A DNA stretch of 64,000 nt from Nemertoderma westbladi (Eukaryota > Animalia > Xenacoelomorpha). Below the pieces are notes generated by a model, which was given only the letters and a program-made list of their open reading frames with translations, had not been told where the DNA came from and did not search any database. The translations under genes and the position numbers were made by a program. Below, in pieces: positions 62,870 through 64,000 of this stretch (positions are counted from its first letter, which is position 1; each line of letters starts with the position of its first letter). The stretch spans positions 1 through 64,000 of the forward strand of contig JAUCBJ010001932.1 of NCBI GenBank assembly GCA_032718475.1, given 5' to 3'.

Positions 62870-63347
62870 AGTAGGCCTACATACAGTACAGTTATTACTT
62901 CACTCAACAGACTCACAAGTATCAGCTAGTTTTTGTGATTCTTGTATTTATTCTAGGATATTTTTTGTATTTGTATGATATCCCTTAATAAAAGCTATAA
63001 TTTTAATCAAACAAACGTTTTGATATTTTTACTAATTATTATATAAAATTTTAAGTCTAATTGATTTAGGGAAACGCAATGAGAATATATAAGTAACAGC
63101 AAGCGCGATATTCTTTAACTTCAAATTAATATATTAAAGTACGTAAATACAGTGAAATAATATACATAAGTTCTAAACGTTTCACACAAAATCATCATCA
63201 GTAATAATGTACAAAATTTAGCCTAAATGTTGCATACTGCTACTGCAAGGTTTGAATTTATAAGGTTGGCGCCAAAAAATACATAATAAAAAGACGGTTC
63301 TAAGCTACTGTATAAATCGCCTAAAAAACTGTAAAAATATTTACTTA

Positions 63348-64000
63348 GTTATAGAAAGGAATGCGGTAGCTAATATAGAAAGGGATGCGGTAGCTAATAT
63401 AGAAAGGGATGCGGTAGCTAATATAGAAAGGGATGCGGTAGCTAATATATTATAGAAAGGGATGCGAGAGCTAATATAGAAAGGGATGCGGTAGCGAATA
63501 TGTTATAGAAAGGGATGCGAGAGCTAATATGTTATAGAAAGGGATGCGGTAGCTAATATGTTATAGAAAGGGATGCGGTAGCTAATATGTTATAGAAAGG
63601 GATGCGGTAGCTAATATAGAAAAATATGTGGTAGCTAATATGTTATAGAAAAGGATGCGGTAGCTCATGTTATAGAAAGGGATGCGGTAGCTAATATGTT
63701 ATAGAAAGGGATGTGGTAGCTAATATGTTATAGAAAGGGATGCGTTAGCTAATATAGAAAAGGATGCGGTAGCTAATATGTTATAGAAAGGGATGCTGTA
63801 GCTAATATGTTATAGAAAGGGATGCGGTAGCTAATATAGAAAAGGATGCGGTAGCTAATATGTTATAAAAAAGGATGCGGTAGCTAATATGTTATAGAAA
63901 GGGATGCGGTAGCTAATATAGAAAAGGATGCGGTAGCTAATATGTTATAGAAAGGGATGCGGTAGCTAATATAGAAAAGGATGCGGTAGCTAATATGTTA
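63348..64000. repeat. Second array of the 29/24-bp satellite, running off the window
   Basis: Same unit as 17858-26890. Confidence 0.97.

Larger units (their letters stand above)
60181..63350 (+). repeat. Duplicate of 16173-17860 carrying an extra RTE insertion
   Basis: Colinear near identity including the 64/65-bp array and the segment leading into the satellite. Confidence 0.95.

Overview
Animal (probably marine invertebrate) genomic DNA that is almost entirely repeats. The only host gene I can support is the last two exons of a ZP-domain protein (1-1505). The rest is nested mobile DNA: CRE-like, RTE, RTE-X-like and Penelope non-LTR pieces, a decayed Gypsy, two tRNA-derived SINEs, MITEs, an apparently intact Kolobok transposon, several minisatellites and two arrays of a 29/24-bp satellite. 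The most interesting feature is a pair of related BEL/Pao LTR retrotransposons: a young full-length copy (45326-59102, +) and an older deleted relative (32890-40603, -). Neither has a TGG-type tRNA primer-binding site. In both, the bases next to the 5' LTR pair with a segment inside the LTR, a second helix adjoins it, and the sequences covary between the two elements. This suggests Tf1-like self-primed reverse transcription. The full-length copy also carries an intact extra ORF in the env position with a DEDDy-like 3'-5' exonuclease domain and three CCHC knuckles. Both elements share a repeated small hairpin downstream of pol and a structured region before the PPT. All family calls come from motif recognition by eye; no searches were run, and boundaries of decayed elements are approximate.
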